DNA of 64,000 bases. Origin: Eremomyces bilateralis CBS 781.70 (Eukaryota). Shown piece after piece: positions 9,766 through 22,803 of the stretch (position 1 is its first letter; each line of letters starts with the position of its first letter). The stretch lies in NCBI GenBank assembly GCA_010015585.1, contig ML975157.1, one strand, 5' to 3'. The position numbers and the translations under genes are program-made. The notes below the pieces were generated by a model. That model saw only the letters and a program-made list of their open reading frames with translations. It had not been told where the DNA came from and did no database searches.

Positions 9766-12309
9766 ATGTCCTCTCCTCCTTCACCTCCGCGCCCTCCTCC
9801 TCCCCCTCCTCATCCTTCTTCCCGTCGTCGAAATCACAATCCCTCCTCCTTCTCCTCCGAGTCCGGATCCGATACTTCTCACCTCATTCCTACTCCTCTC
9901 CAACAGCCACCAAGACGCCGTGAAGTGTCCGCTACCTCGAGCCCTCGCCTCCATCCCGCATCCCGCCACCCTCCTCCTCCATCGTCCATCTATCTCGATG
10001 ACCCTCCGTCGCAACGTCGCTCGCCTGCCCTCGACAAGGACCGCTCCCATTGGCAAACGCACCGTCCCCGACAACACTCGCAAGGCTTCTTCGAGCCATC
10101 TCTACCCACCGCTTCCTCCACTCTCACGTCCCCTCAAATGGCGCCTCCTACAAATCTAACGGCATCGCAAATTGCCGCAAAGGCTGCCATGCATGTGCAG
10201 AACCCCCAGCATATGCGCAAACGATCCCAGACCATTCCAGACCCGTCCGCCTCGGGGAATCAATCTGGGAGCAGGAACCCGCCGCCACCTGTTCCAGCGC
10301 TCCAGATCCCGCGAAACGCACCTTCGATCTATACGGGCTCAACGACAACTCAGCGCGGAACGGCTGCCACGGCTGCGAATCTTGCGTTCCCCCGAAGCCC
10401 GGGATATTGCGCTCCTCATCCGCCGGGATCGGCAACCGAGCAACATGGCTCGCCTACCGTTCCGGAGAAGGAGTACCGGCCGAGCAAGGAACGGTCGAAG
10501 ATGAAGTTGTTCTCCAAGCCGAAGAGCATTGGAATCATCAAGGATAAGGATCTGGACAAGCGGCTGCCCGCCCTGCCGTCTCCCGGCAAGGCGCCTGTAA
10601 ACTTCTCGAAGCTAGTGAACCAATCTACCACGAGTTTGGTCGACCCATCGATATCCAGCAGCTCGGCATCCTTGTATTCGTCGGCAAACGCGTCAACTTC
10701 GACGCTCGTGCCGACAGACAGGTCGACAGCGTTCGATATTGGAAGGGAGAAGGAGAAACATAAGCACCATTTCTTGTCTCGACAGAAGCACAAGCTGAAG
10801 GAAAAGGATGATCATCATGGTCTGGCACTGTCATCTGCGAACAGCAACTCCCGACCGACCGATCCAAGTGCTCCGCAGCCGCTCTATTCCTTCGCGGTGC
10901 CTCCCTCTCCATCCCACTCGAGCAGTTTTGCGAAGTCGGTATCTGGCCTCGACTTGCGCCACGGCGGAAAGGCTTTGCGAGAAAAGCGAAAAGAAGGGAA
11001 AGCCGCGGCAGCATCGCTGATGACCTTGGTCAATAGCAGCACCACCACTTTGGAGCCGCCATTCCGTGGTCGGGAAGACTCCTTGAGCTCCGAGAGACCG
11101 GACCTCTGGCAAAGCACCACCACAGTCAGCACCTACCATGGCCCCTCTTCCATCTCTCAGACCGTATCCTTCGGCTCTGACCTTTCCATCCCCCAATCCG
11201 GCATGAACGCCCTTGCCGCTGCCTTCGGCCTTCCCGGCATGACGTCTGATGACGCTTGGCCGCTCCTCAAAGCGCGCCTCCTATATATTTTCGAAGGCGA
11301 GGAGCCCCGCACGCCCATCGAGGACTTCAACGCGCTGGTTTCGGTACATATGCGGCGTTGTATTCAGGGGCGTGCTCCCTCCGTTCTCGTCGAAGATCTC
11401 ACCGAGTTCTTGCAGACCGGCTTTGCATCCCTCGACCAAACTCTCAGAGCCGTGCCTGACGAGCGTCTCGTTCCCAGTCTCGTCGACATGTGGCTTGTGG
11501 TCTTCCAGCGCATCTTGCCCTTCATGCAAGCCGCGTTCCTACCACTCGACCTGGAGTTCAAAGGGCGCGGCCCGCTTATGACACCGCAGGATGCGGCTGA
11601 GTTCTGGGGTGCCATGCTACCCGAGTCCCAGGGCGGCCCGAAGTCGTCCGAAGTGCTCAACAGCAACATTCCCACCCTCGGCGAGGAACTCGATGTCCGC
11701 CGTGTGACGCTGTTGACATTTCGCGACACGGTCATCTTACCGCGACACAATGCCCTCATGGCCATCTTCTCCCGCCTGTCCCTCGAAAACATCAACGCCT
11801 ACATCGCCGAGACCCCCCCGGACCTTCCCCCACTCCAACCACCCCCAGCGCTCGGCCCCGTCGCTCGCCCCGGCACCGCCAGCTCGCTCGACCCGAAGTT
11901 CTCTTCCTTCAACTCCCAAGGCTCCAGCCACCTCGAGTCCGCGAGCTCCTCGGGCGGCTTCGGCGCGCGCTCGCGCGCCACCTCTAACACGTCCGCGGGC
12001 TCCTTCGCCAGCAGCATGCAGTCGCCCGCGCCCAACACGCCGCAGCAATCGCAGCCGACGCCGCCGCCGCCGATGGACTCGACACAGGTGACGGAGATGG
12101 TGGGGCGAATGCTGCAGTGCGTGAGCGTGCTGGCGAGCGTGCAGAGTGGGGATGACAGCCAGGAGAAGATGGAGCGGCTGACGAAGGAGTTGAAGCATAA
12201 TTGGCTGGGGAGGGGCCGGACGGGGAGGAATCGGAGAGGGTTCGTGGGGACGAGGAGAGCGAGGCCGGGGGTGGAGGGACAGCCGAAAGCAGTGGCCGTT
12301 GGTTCTTGA
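9766..12309 (+). CDS. HbrB-domain protein (Bit61/Protor-like TORC2-associated)
   Basis: 847-aa single ORF: disordered N-terminus, DDAWPLLKARLLYIFEGE...ILPFMQAAFLPLDLEF, C-terminal LKHNWLGRGRTGRNRRGFVG. Confidence 0.8.
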   Translation: MSSPPSPPRPPPPPPHPSSRRRNHNPSSFSSESGSDTSHLIPTPLQQPPRRREVSATSSPRLHPASRHPPPPSSIYLDDPPSQRRSPALDKDRSHWQTHRPRQHSQGFFEPSLPTASSTLTSPQMAPPTNLTASQIAAKAAMHVQNPQHMRKRSQTIPDPSASGNQSGSRNPPPPVPALQIPRNAPSIYTGSTTTQRGTAATAANLAFPRSPGYCAPHPPGSATEQHGSPTVPEKEYRPSKERSKMKLFSKPKSIGIIKDKDLDKRLPALPSPGKAPVNFSKLVNQSTTSLVDPSISSSSASLYSSANASTSTLVPTDRSTAFDIGREKEKHKHHFLSRQKHKLKEKDDHHGLALSSANSNSRPTDPSAPQPLYSFAVPPSPSHSSSFAKSVSGLDLRHGGKALREKRKEGKAAAASLMTLVNSSTTTLEPPFRGREDSLSSERPDLWQSTTTVSTYHGPSSISQTVSFGSDLSIPQSGMNALAAAFGLPGMTSDDAWPLLKARLLYIFEGEEPRTPIEDFNALVSVHMRRCIQGRAPSVLVEDLTEFLQTGFASLDQTLRAVPDERLVPSLVDMWLVVFQRILPFMQAAFLPLDLEFKGRGPLMTPQDAAEFWGAMLPESQGGPKSSEVLNSNIPTLGEELDVRRVTLLTFRDTVILPRHNALMAIFSRLSLENINAYIAETPPDLPPLQPPPALGPVARPGTASSLDPKFSSFNSQGSSHLESASSSGGFGARSRATSNTSAGSFASSMQSPAPNTPQQSQPTPPPPMDSTQVTEMVGRMLQCVSVLASVQSGDDSQEKMERLTKELKHNWLGRGRTGRNRRGFVGTRRARPGVEGQPKAVAVGS

Positions 12310-12569
12310 AGCGGGCCCTTTATTATCTTGGATTGGCTCCCAATTTTCAGGGGCTAAGTGGCATAGAGCAAACTGATTCACAAGTTGAAGAGTGGTGGGG
12401 GTTGTCGTTGGGAGCTTTGTTTATGATTTTATGCCGAAATGATTGTCTGCGAGATACCCTTCACGCATAGCTATTCCAACAAATTTAGTCCAAATAACAG
12501 TGTCGGACCCCCCTCACCAATAGGCCAATTCAATTCCCTGAAATCGTATCCTGACCAAGATATCCCAAT

Positions 12570-15500
12570 CTAGATGGAAACGAAAAAGCTCTTCTCGCCC
12601 TCCTCCGCGTTGACCATACTCCTCTTCACAATCGGATCCGCACAGCTAACCCTGATCCTCTCCACCGTCGCCGGACTCCTCAAACTCAGCACCTCCTCCT
12701 CCCCAAACTGCTTCCTCGCCGCCGTCAACGCCTCCCGAATCGCAAAGAACACCGCGCTCCCCATAAACAGTGGCGGTTCCCCGACCCCCCGACTCCGCTG
12801 GATCGTCCGCAGATTCTCCCATTCGACGTCCTTGAGTAGCGACACATTGAACTCCTGCGGAATGTCGCGGAAGCCCGGGATCTTATACGCGCCGGGTCCC
12901 CGCGTGAAAATCTGCCCGCTCCCCCGATGCCAGAGCATCTCCTCAGTCGTGAACAGCCCCTGCCCCTGCACGAAGGCGCCCTCGATCTGGCCGTAGTCGA
13001 CGGCCGGGTTGATCGAGCGCCCGACGTCCATCTTGATATCCGCGCGTAGGCACGTCCAGTCGCCCGTCAGCGTGTCGATCTCCACCTCCGCCGCCGCCAC
13101 GCCCTGCGTGAAGTAGAAGAACATCTGCCCGGTGTTCGGGCCCCAGACGTAGCCGATATCCGGGGTGCGGTAGAAGCCTTGCGCGGACAGGTTCACGCGG
13201 TCGAAGTACGCGGCGTGCGCGAGCTCCTTCATCGTCGCAGTCGGTCCGAGTTTCTGGCGATACGGCTCCAGGCGCTCGTTCAGTTGCTCGCAGGCGTTCC
13301 AGATGGCATAGCCGTTCAGGTCGGACGAGGCGGACGCGGCGGTCGAGGAAGTGTTGGCGACGGTGTTGGTGGCCGTCTCGGCGACGAAGACGGCGTCTTG
13401 TGGGACTTTGAGCGCCTCCGCTGCCACCATGATCATCTTGGTGTGCAGGCCTTGGCCCATCTCGGTGCCGCCGTGGGCGAGGAGGATGGAACCGTCATGG
13501 TAGATGTGGACGAGCGCGCCGGCTTGATTGAGGAAGAGGGCGGTGAAGGAGATGCCGAACTTGGTGGGGATGAGAGCCAGCCCGCGCTTGTTCCATTTGT
13601 GAGTCTTGTTAAACTCCTCGACGGCTTTTTTGCGGCGCCAGTAGTCCGACTCTTCCTGTACTTGCTGGTACATGAGCGGTACATACCAGTCTTTGAGCTC
13701 CTGGTTGAAGTGTGTGGCATCGCCACGCTTGTACATGTTGATTTCCCGCAGCTTCTCCACTGGCATCTTGAGATGGTCCGCGACCTCGGACATGTAGGAC
13801 TCCGCGATGAACAGGCCCTGAGGTCCGCCGAAGCCGCGGAAGGCGGTGTTTGAGACGGTGTTCGTCTTCGCGACACGGCCTCGCACGTAGACGTTGGGGA
13901 TTTTGTAGACGCCATCACTGTGCGAGAGAGCTCTGTCGACGACAGCACCGCTGAGATCTTGGCTCCAGCCACCATTGGAAAATACGTCGGCATCAAACGC
14001 CTGGAGTTTGCCGTCATTGTTCACGGCGACTTTCCATCGCGCAAGGAACGGATGGCGTTGGCCAGAGGTCACTATGTCTTCATCACGGTTTAGCATGCAT
14101 CGGACCGGTCGGTTGGCCTTCTTCGCAGCAGCAGCACAGATTCCCGCCAGTTGGATCGATCTTGTCTCCTTGCCTCCGAAGCCGCCACCCATTCGTTTGA
14201 TTCTTGTCACGATCTTGTTGGCATCGACGCCAGTGACTTGGGCAACATAGGTTTGACTGTATCGCAGTTAGTACAGGGTAGAATACCTAGCGCTGTTCAC
14301 TTACGTCTCCGCCGGATTCTGGGTGCTACTGAAGACTTCCATCTCCCCATCTTCAGGCTTCGGCACAACAACGCAAGCATTGGTTTCGAGGTAGAAATGC
14401 TCTTGACCACCCATCCGTACAACACCCGTGAAAACATGATCCGCCGCAGCAAACGCCTTATTCACGTCTCCCTTATTAATATATCGGTAATGGTCGAAGT
14501 AGCTTTCCTTCTCAATTGCCTCCTCGATCGTGAAGATGGCAGGAAGGTCTTCATACTCGATCTGGACCGCCCGGGCCGCGTGTTCGGCTCGTTTCGCGCT
14601 GTCTGCGAGGATGACACCGATCGGCTGACCGGCAGTGAAGACCTCGTCGACGGCGAAGAAGACTTCGTCGCAGTTGGGCGCACCCCACCAGTTGGCTTCG
14701 GGGTTCGGCAAATCGTTATGGTCCACCCAGGCGTACACTCCGGGTAAATCAAGAGCATGAGAAGGGTCAACCTTGAGTAATTTGGCATGAGCCTTGGTGG
14801 AGAGCACCAAGCAGCCATAGAGCTCGTTCTTTTGCACTGGGATGTCATCGGTGTATTGTGCTTCGCCTGTACTTTGTTTCATCGCCGCAACATGCGTCCG
14901 CTCCTTTCCGAGATGTGTCTGCTCATAGGCGATACTTGATTTGTGGTCTTTTTGTCCGGTCGATATCATCCGTTCAATTTCTCCAATCGCCTCCTTATCG
15001 ACTTCCGCTTCTTGATCCTTCAGCTCATTCATGACCTCATGATAAAACTTGTAGAAGAAGCTTAGCGCAAGCGTCTTGCGGTAGGTTGCCATGCCTCCAG
15101 GTACACCAAAGCGAAGGTCGAAGTCTTGCTCTAAAGCATTCATGACCCCTTCGAGGGTAGCAGGATCCGTCCATTCCTTGCCAGTGAGGAACTCCTTCGC
15201 ATTCTTCGCAGCGACAGTGGTCGGGGCCATACCACCGTAGACCAAGTCAACGCTGTCAACAACATATGCATCATTGATCGTGACGCGTAGGGCGGCGTTG
15301 ACAATGGCGATATCGTCATCTTTCCTCTTGGCCTGCTTGTATGCGAGTAGGTACTCGCCCTTCTCTTGCGCAGCGGGTATTCTAATGCTCGCAATGACGG
15401 CATCAGGTGCAAGTGCGGTTACACGATAGCCTTTGAAGAATTCGGACATGGGGATTTCAACCGTCTTGTCCAACGACTTCGCGACGAGAATCGCGTTCGA

Positions 15501-16798
15501 TGCGACGAACACTGGGTTGAGGTCAGAGATGGGTGACGCAGTCGCGAGGTTGCCCGCGGGTGTTCCAACATTTCGGATCTGTCTTCCAGCAAAGTACCGC
15601 AGTTGCTTGAGGATGGCAGCAAATGGTTGGGCTCTTGCTTCGCCGTAATGCTTCATCGCCTCCTTTGCAATATCCTCAAGGTCAGTCAGGATGACATTGC
15701 CGCCAATCTCCAAATAGTCTTTTTCGAGTGAGTACTGTCTCAACTCGGGGATATCTCCAACAAACACTGACACTGAATAGTCCATCGCTTTGAACTTCAC
15801 CTCGATCTGTGTCTCAGTGCTTCCACCGATGATCTTTGCGGAGGGATATACGCTCTTGATCTCGAGAAGCTCCTGCAATGTGCCCGGTCGGTACCATCGC
15901 TTCCGCTTGTTGCCAAAGGCCAGGGCTTTGAATTCGTGTTTACGGAGGGCCGGAGGGAAGATGAGTTCGGTTTCTGGGTTGTATTCGACGAAGCCAGGGG
16001 GTGTAAATCTCTTCTTCGGTTCGCTGTCTCCGTTGATGCCATCGGCGCCATCTGCTCTGCAGCAACCCCCTGAGCCTCCTTTCTCCATGCAGCACCCACT
16101 TCCTCCTTTGGCACTAGACTTGCCACAAGCACTGAAGGTTTGAGCGGCGTCAAGGATGGGTCTGTATCCGGTGCATCGGCACAAGTTGCCGTCGAAAGCT
16201 TCTTCCACATCGTGCTCAGTCGGATCAGTGTGGTTTCGAAGCAAAGCATAGAGACTCTATCCGGCTGTTAGTCTTCATAATCCATATCTTCGCACGGGTT
16301 ACGCACCATAACAATGCCAGGGGTACAGAAACCACATTGGCTGCCATTGAACTTTGCAATGCGCTCTTGGGCGGGGTGAGGCCTTTTCACGCTGCCGATG
16401 CCTTCGACGGTGATGACATGCTTGCCATCTACGCTCACCAGCGGAGCTAGGCAAGCATTGACTGAGGCGTGGTATATCTTCTTGGTGGTGGGGTTGTATT
16501 GTGAGATCACCTTCCCTTCCATCAGTAATTGTTTCTTCACCCCCAATTTTCACCACCCACTTACCACCGTGCAAGCCCCGCAGCCCCCCTCAGCACATCC
16601 CAGCTTCGTTCCTGTAAGCCCAATCCCCCTCAGGTACTCCAGCAGGGTAACCTCCGGGTCCGCATCGTCCAGGACCACCTTAGTCCCATTCAGGTAGAAT
16701 CGCAGGGTGTCGTCATACTTGCCCGTCACGGTGGACAAGCTACGTGCTACGTCTTGCTGCACGGCAGGATCTGGTTCTATCACGATGCCCGGGGCCAT
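12570..16798 (-). CDS. hxA: Xanthine dehydrogenase (4 exons)
   Basis: [24 protein letters not shown] and [11 protein letters not shown] (2Fe-2S); FAD domain; [18 protein letters not shown] and GVGEPP (Moco domain). ATG at 16798 (MAPG). Confidence 0.96.
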
Positions 16799-16914
16799 AA
16801 TGAAGCGATAGAAGGAAGGTGAAGAATTCCCGATCAATCTGGAGGAGGCGGCACCATCTTATTATTCCAAAAGTTCAATATGGGCTCGGTTTGGACTTCA
16901 TGGCTGTCTTTAGC

Positions 16915-16996
16915 CTTATCTGTGCCGTCTCTAGCGGCGGTGGGATGGATTGGCGACATCATCATTGGATGGAGGCGATCTCGATCTCCAGTTATC
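16915..16996. promoter_or_regulatory. GATA sites upstream of xanthine dehydrogenase (possible AreA-type nitrogen control)
   Basis: CTTATC at 16915-16920 and GTTATC at 16991-16996. Short motifs; plausible from known hxA regulation. Confidence 0.3.
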
Positions 16997-17286
16997 AGCC
17001 GTCAGGTGCAACGTCACATCAATAATAGCTACATAGCAGCAGAAGTCCGCATGTGGATAGTAACGTACATGGATAGTACCGTATTATTGTGATCCTGTAA
17101 GGAAACATTCGTAGTGCTAGATATCTCAACCTTGGAATTGTTCAGTCGCTTTTCAACTGCAAGTCTTTATTCACCCTACAGCTGCCTTTCCACGACCTTT
17201 CCAGATAATACGGACTTAGGTTTCGCACACCGGAGAGTAGTTTCTTTTCCATTCCCCTCTCATTTGATGCTTCAGCAGTAACGAAA

Positions 17287-19310
17287 ATGCCATGTCGAAT
17301 CTGTCACGATCTCACAGTAGAATCCCCATCCGACGTGCTCCGCCTTGACAATATTTTATTTACAGGGCTGCAAAGTTCCGTCTTGCTTGGCTGTCAGGCC
17401 TGTTTCTTAATCGAAAGTGGTATTAATTCGTTCAAACATGTAGCCAATATCGTGGACCTGGACATCTCGTCTTCGGTTGAGAGGCATCAGGAGGAGAGAC
17501 TCGGAGAACGATTGCTATTGCGTGTCACAACAAGAGATATCAATGGTGATGACACAAACCTGGAATTCTATAGTACAGATGGTATGCTTCGTTAGCAATT
17601 TCGTCTGTTACATCATGTTTCCGTGGGTGTGAGGCTGATGACCCCCAAGTTAGAATAACTCATCGTTGGCCGCTCATCCCCATAGCTTCCCATATCTCTA
17701 CCGACTCCTCTTCACCCGGATGTCTCCATCAAGCTCGGAAGTGGCTGGACCATTGCATTCAGAACCACGGTCTCCAACTGTGTCGATCAGGGACCAGGTC
17801 CAAACTCCCTACCCGGGTCATTAAAGTCGGCGACGCTTCTACCCGTCCTTACTTGCACGAATCAGCTCCTGGGGAAACTGGCTGTTACGCGACTCTTAGT
17901 TACTGCTGGGGAGCGGCAAGAACATTTATCACGACGATTTCCTCGTATTCCCAAAGAAAGACGGGATTTTCCATCGAAGAACTCCCCAAAACATGTCACG
18001 ATGCCGTCCTCGTCGCCCGAGCTTTATCGATTCCTAATCTTTGGATCGACTCCTTATGTATCCTCCAAGATTCCACCCCGGATTGGGAGTTTGAAGCTGC
18101 GAACATGTGTGATATATATGAGAATGCATTGGTCACGTTTGCCGCCGTGGATTCGCCGAGCAGTGATAGTGGGTTGTTCACGTCGCCCGCTTTCAGACGA
18201 ACTGTGGAAATGAATGTGCAGTTGCAAGACCACTCGAATGCTCATGTGTACGTTCGAGAAACAAGATTACGCGGCAGGTTAGGCTTAGGCTTCATACACG
18301 GCTACCCGTCTAATTATGACATTCTCCCGAATGATGGCATACTCCAAACTCGAGGCTGGACTCTGCAGGAGCTAACCCTCTCCACCAGAGTGCTATGGTT
18401 TACATCGAGCGAGCTTGGATGGACTTGTTGGAAAAGCTGTGCATGCGAATGCAACCCCCTGGAACGCGAATCCTTCATGGAACCGACGGTATGTCTTTCC
18501 TCTTCAGCAGAACATGACTCGTCTGAATGGATGAGAACCTGGCGAGAAATCATCCACCAGTTCACTAAAAGGGATCTGTCCTATCAAAAAGACCGTCTTC
18601 CGGCATTGTCTGGTTTAGCTAAGGCGTTCAACCATCATGTAGGAGGTGAATACCTTGCTGGCATGTGGGAAAGCAATCTTACCGCCCACCTACTTTGGTC
18701 CAGTTCTTGGGAAGTCAACCACGGACCTTCATCGCAGGCCTCGACGTCCATGACTCCATACAAGTTAGGAGATCACTATGCTCCATCTTGGTCATGGGCA
18801 TCCGTTTTCGGTGCGGTCATGTACTTAGGAGTTGACCTACATCGTAACTTTCGGTGGTTCTGGAGGGTGGTGGATGCGAAATTCCATCCCAGTGGAACCA
18901 ATCTATACGGGCCTGGCAGCGGTTGGCTTGTCATCGAAGGGAACATAATTCCACTTCGTGTCTCCGGGGGCTCATTCTTTTACTCAAGCGGAGGCTACGA
19001 CGATGAATCTCTCCAATGCCCAATCCACCAATCTTCAGTTCTTCTTGATCCAAGGGTCGACTATGTTGATGACTGGAGTCACATGGATGGCAAGAGGATA
19101 TTCTTCGTTTTCGCTGGATCGATGGCCAAGAAATCGGAATCAGGAGCTGAGATCCATAAGACATTTTGCGGTCTGGTCATCGAGGATCTGGACGGAGATA
19201 AATTCAGACGGCTTGGATACTTGGAATCCCCTTTTGGAGAAGCTGGCATCAAGGGTGGCTGGGACAGTTGGGAAACACTCACGAAACGAAAGAGGATCTG
19301 CTTAGTTTGA
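17287..19310 (+). CDS. HET-domain (heterokaryon incompatibility) protein (exons 17287-17581, 17650-19310)
   Basis: LPTRVI, YATLSYCWG, LWIDSLCILQD, MCDIY, LQTRGWTLQE, DRLPALSGLA, APSWSWAS. Confidence 0.92.
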
Positions 19311-19884
19311 GTACAGAATATGGCAATCCCGCATGCTGTAAAAATATATCCAGCGCTGTGTCGGTATGTTTACTGACACCAGATTGTTGCTCCTCAGGGA
19401 CGAGATATCCTGCGGTATCTGGATGTTGGACGGGCGGTTTTTAAAACAAATCGTGACCAATCTCAGGGGCATATCGAATTATGTAAGAATAGGATTGCGG
19501 TATTTCAACAAACGGTGGCTTATGTAAAGTAGATATACGGTAACCAATCCAAAAATACACAACTCCAGGAGCAGAGCAACTGACGCAACAACGGCAGGGA
19601 CCTCAAACTAGGCAAAGAAGCGCAGTGGGGACAAGTCTGGAATGCGGCGATGCCCGCAAAGCAGCGCGGGAGACGTTTGGCTGTGAAGATCGACCTTGCA
19701 TCTGACATGGGAGTATCACCAATCTCGTACCTATCCCCTGTCAAACAAAGTCGATATCCCCCTCAGCATCTCGATTCTGTGATATTTCCAACCAACTAAG
19801 AAAGAAGATGCAACCATAAAGCGCCAACTCAATATGCGATAACATCCATTCTCTCCTAACCCCAATGCCTCCCCCCCGCGCACG

Positions 19885-20820
19885 ATGCATCTTGTCGTCC
19901 GCTTCTCCGCCTCCATCCCCGACCTCCCCCTAACCATCCCCTTCCCGCACTCCACCTCCGGCCTCGCCCTAAAGCGCCTCGTCCGCTCCCATCTACCGCC
20001 TCTGCTCGCCCACAACCGCATCCGATTGATCCATGCCGGCCGCGTCCTCTCCGACACCGCGCCACTCGCCTCCTCGCTTCCCGCGCCGCCGCCGAACGAT
20101 CGGGTTCTAGGGCGGAGGGCAGACCACGGGGGGAAGGGGAAGGCGCCCGTTCGCGATGTACATCTGGATGTATTATCGGATCCGTTCGGTTCGGGTTCGG
20201 GTTCATCGCATGATGTAGCGAGGGTGTACATTCATTGCTCCGTGGGCGATGTACTATCCGTCTCCGAGCTCGCCGCGGAAGCCACGAACGAGGCGACTGC
20301 CCAAGCCGCCCTTACCGCCGCCTCCCACTCCAAATCCACTCGCGATGACTCAGAGGGCTCCTCCGCTGCGGCAGCCGCGACCCCTACAACAGCCACACCG
20401 GGGGATATCACCACCTCCCCGCCGCAGGGCTTCGACCGTCTCCTCACCGCCGGCTTCTCCCCCACCGAAGTCGCTTCCCTCCGCTCACAGTTCCAGACCA
20501 TCCTCTCGCACACCCACACGCCCGACACTATGCCCACCGGCAACGCGCTGAGATCCCTAGAGGACCGATGGCTGGACACGGACTCGTTCGGGCGCGGCGC
20601 GGCGGGGGCAGGGGGCGCGACGACAGAGGTACCGGGCGAAGAGGAGGGCGGGGGTTTGGACGATCTGCTGCGAGGGACGGTGATGGGGTGCGTGTGGCCG
20701 ATGGGGGCGCTGGTGTGGGGCTTTCGGGAGGAGGGGGTATGGACGCAGCGGAAGCGGATTGCGGTGTTTACGGGGATTATGATCAATTTGGCGTTTGGCT
20801 TTGTGAAGCTTACGAGTTGA
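19885..20820 (+). CDS. DSC3: DSC E3 ubiquitin ligase complex subunit 3 (DUF2407 family)
   Basis: Ubiquitin-like N-terminus (VVRFSASIPDL...IRLIHAGRVL...YIHCSVGD), PQGFDRLLTAGFS...LRSQF, two C-terminal TM segments. Confidence 0.85.
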   Translation: MHLVVRFSASIPDLPLTIPFPHSTSGLALKRLVRSHLPPLLAHNRIRLIHAGRVLSDTAPLASSLPAPPPNDRVLGRRADHGGKGKAPVRDVHLDVLSDPFGSGSGSSHDVARVYIHCSVGDVLSVSELAAEATNEATAQAALTAASHSKSTRDDSEGSSAAAAATPTTATPGDITTSPPQGFDRLLTAGFSPTEVASLRSQFQTILSHTHTPDTMPTGNALRSLEDRWLDTDSFGRGAAGAGGATTEVPGEEEGGGLDDLLRGTVMGCVWPMGALVWGFREEGVWTQRKRIAVFTGIMINLAFGFVKLTS

Positions 20821-21029
20821 GTGGCGTGGGCGATGGGTGTGGGTATGTATTATAGCAAGGTGTTACGGTCGTGCGGGAATCGAGTGGGATTCCAGCATCG
20901 GAGTAAGATGACTTCATGTATTATGGCATCGCTGGGCATAAAGCACCATTTAATCAAACCTGCTATCCCGGCAAAATATCCCGACCAAATCATCCCGTCC
21001 CAGAACGCCATGCAGCCATTTCCACCCGT

Positions 21030-21863
21030 CTACCGAAACTTGCTGGCAATAACGGCAATAATCAAAAGCACCAGCACCGTGATGATCGCAATCGTAATCA
21101 CCCGATTCGTAGCCATCCTATCGTAACGTTAGCATCCAAACCCCTCCTCGTAATTAGGGAACCAAGGTCCATTACCTACGCGCCATCGACCTCAACGTCT
21201 TGATACTCCGGTCTGTATACCCCTCACTCTCCCCCAGCGTATCCCGCGTGTGCATAATCGTATCCCGCTGCCGATTCAAATCTGCCAACGTGTTCGCCCC
21301 GATCTCCTCCGTCTGCAGCGCCACCCGCTGCGAGTCCCGCAGCCGCCCGCTGCTCCGCTCCAGCCGGTCCGTCCCCGACAGCAGCTGCTGCCGCTGCTCC
21401 ACGTGCGCGTCGCCCGTCGGGTCGTCCGTGTACCGGTCGCCGAACAGCGCTTGCCGGTCGGAGGACGCCCGCTTGAGCCGCGCGCCCAGCCCGTCGATGT
21501 CGGTTTGGTAGTTGCGGAAGCGGGTGTTCACTTTCGTCTTTGCGGGCGCGGGGATGTTTTGCTTCTCGATGCGCATTTGGTCGAGCTGGGTGCGTCACGT
21601 TAGCATGCCGGGTTGTCCTGGGCATTTCACAGACGTCGACCGGCCCGGGTTAGTGCCCGGCCAGCAGAGAAGGAGAGACTCACGATTTCCTTCGCTTCCT
21701 CTAGCGACCGCTCCGCATGGGAGATGGCGGCTTTGCGTGGCTCGCCCGCCAGCTCCGGGATCTGGTCGAGTTTCTGGTTCAGGTCGGCTTGGACCAGCTT
21801 GAGTTCGGCTTCATAGCTGGCGAACAGCTCGGAACCGGCTTCGGAGTCGATGAGGCCTGACAT
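21030..21863 (-). CDS. VTI1: Qb-SNARE Vti1 (3 exons)
   Basis: SELFASYEAELKLV, SNARE motif EQRQQLLSGTDRLERSSGRL, last exon MATNRVITIAIITVLVLLIIAVIASKFR* (TM anchor). Confidence 0.92.
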
Positions 21864-22803
21864 TATGAGGATCTGCTCGGTTTAGTTCGGTAGAGAGGCG
21901 TCTGGGGAAGGTGGATGCTGTCCGAGGGAGGAGAGGTTGCCTGGCTCGGGGAATGCGGGAGATCGGGGTTGGTCGAGGGTGGTACAGGTGTGTCGAGAGC
22001 TGGTGTTATATAAGGCCTTCAAGTGGCATTTATACAATATTCTCTCTCCGATAACTTAAATGTGATTGTGATTCTGGGTCTTGGAATGATCAAGTTGGGG
22101 AACAGGCACATGCGATGGATCATGTTGACCGATTATGTTGCGGAGGTTGGGCTCAGGGCTTGGCGCAGCCAATCAAAGGCATGGATCCCCCGACTGAAAG
22201 CGGAAGCATAAACGTCACTACAATAAGGGTTTCGCTGCCAACGCGTCTTCTCCAGGTAAATCCTCTTACTTTATTACAGGTATGATTTTATAGGTATGTA
22301 GTAGGTAGGCAGGTATACTGAGAGGGAGCGGTATGGAATTATAGTATTAAAACTACCTCGAATGACCCTGTAAATCGTCACTATTCGCAGCTATATTGCA
22401 TGGCTGGAACCTCCTCATCAAGGGAGGTAAGAGATACCTATCTCTACGAAGTCACGCACCGAATCGACGAACATGATGAACAGTATGACAGGTGCTGAAA
22501 GCGAATTCCAGTTTCATAGTACTTAATACCGTTACCTAGAGGACAATATCATGATAAAAGCCCGGTGACAATAGTATCGGCGATATGTGCTTAAAACAGA
22601 AGGCTTGGGATTCGATGGGCAGACCATAGAAGCAATGGACGCATCATTTGTGCAAGCATACTACTATAGAAAACGCCAGGCTAGACAAACTTGGGAATAG
22701 CGAAGTCATCGCTTCTGCATTGGATTTGTACCGTCCACCCCATTTGCCTGTCTGAACTCTGACGCCGTTCGCTCAAATAACGGACACTCTCGACGCTTCC
22801 TTC

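Noticed and set aside
16800..17286. UaY-type site (TCGG-N6-CCGA) in the xanthine dehydrogenase promoter
   Set aside because: No exact match found.
5702..21863. VPS39, DSC3 and VTI1 as an endomembrane gene cluster
   Set aside because: Separated by unrelated genes; no shared motif seen; likely coincidence.
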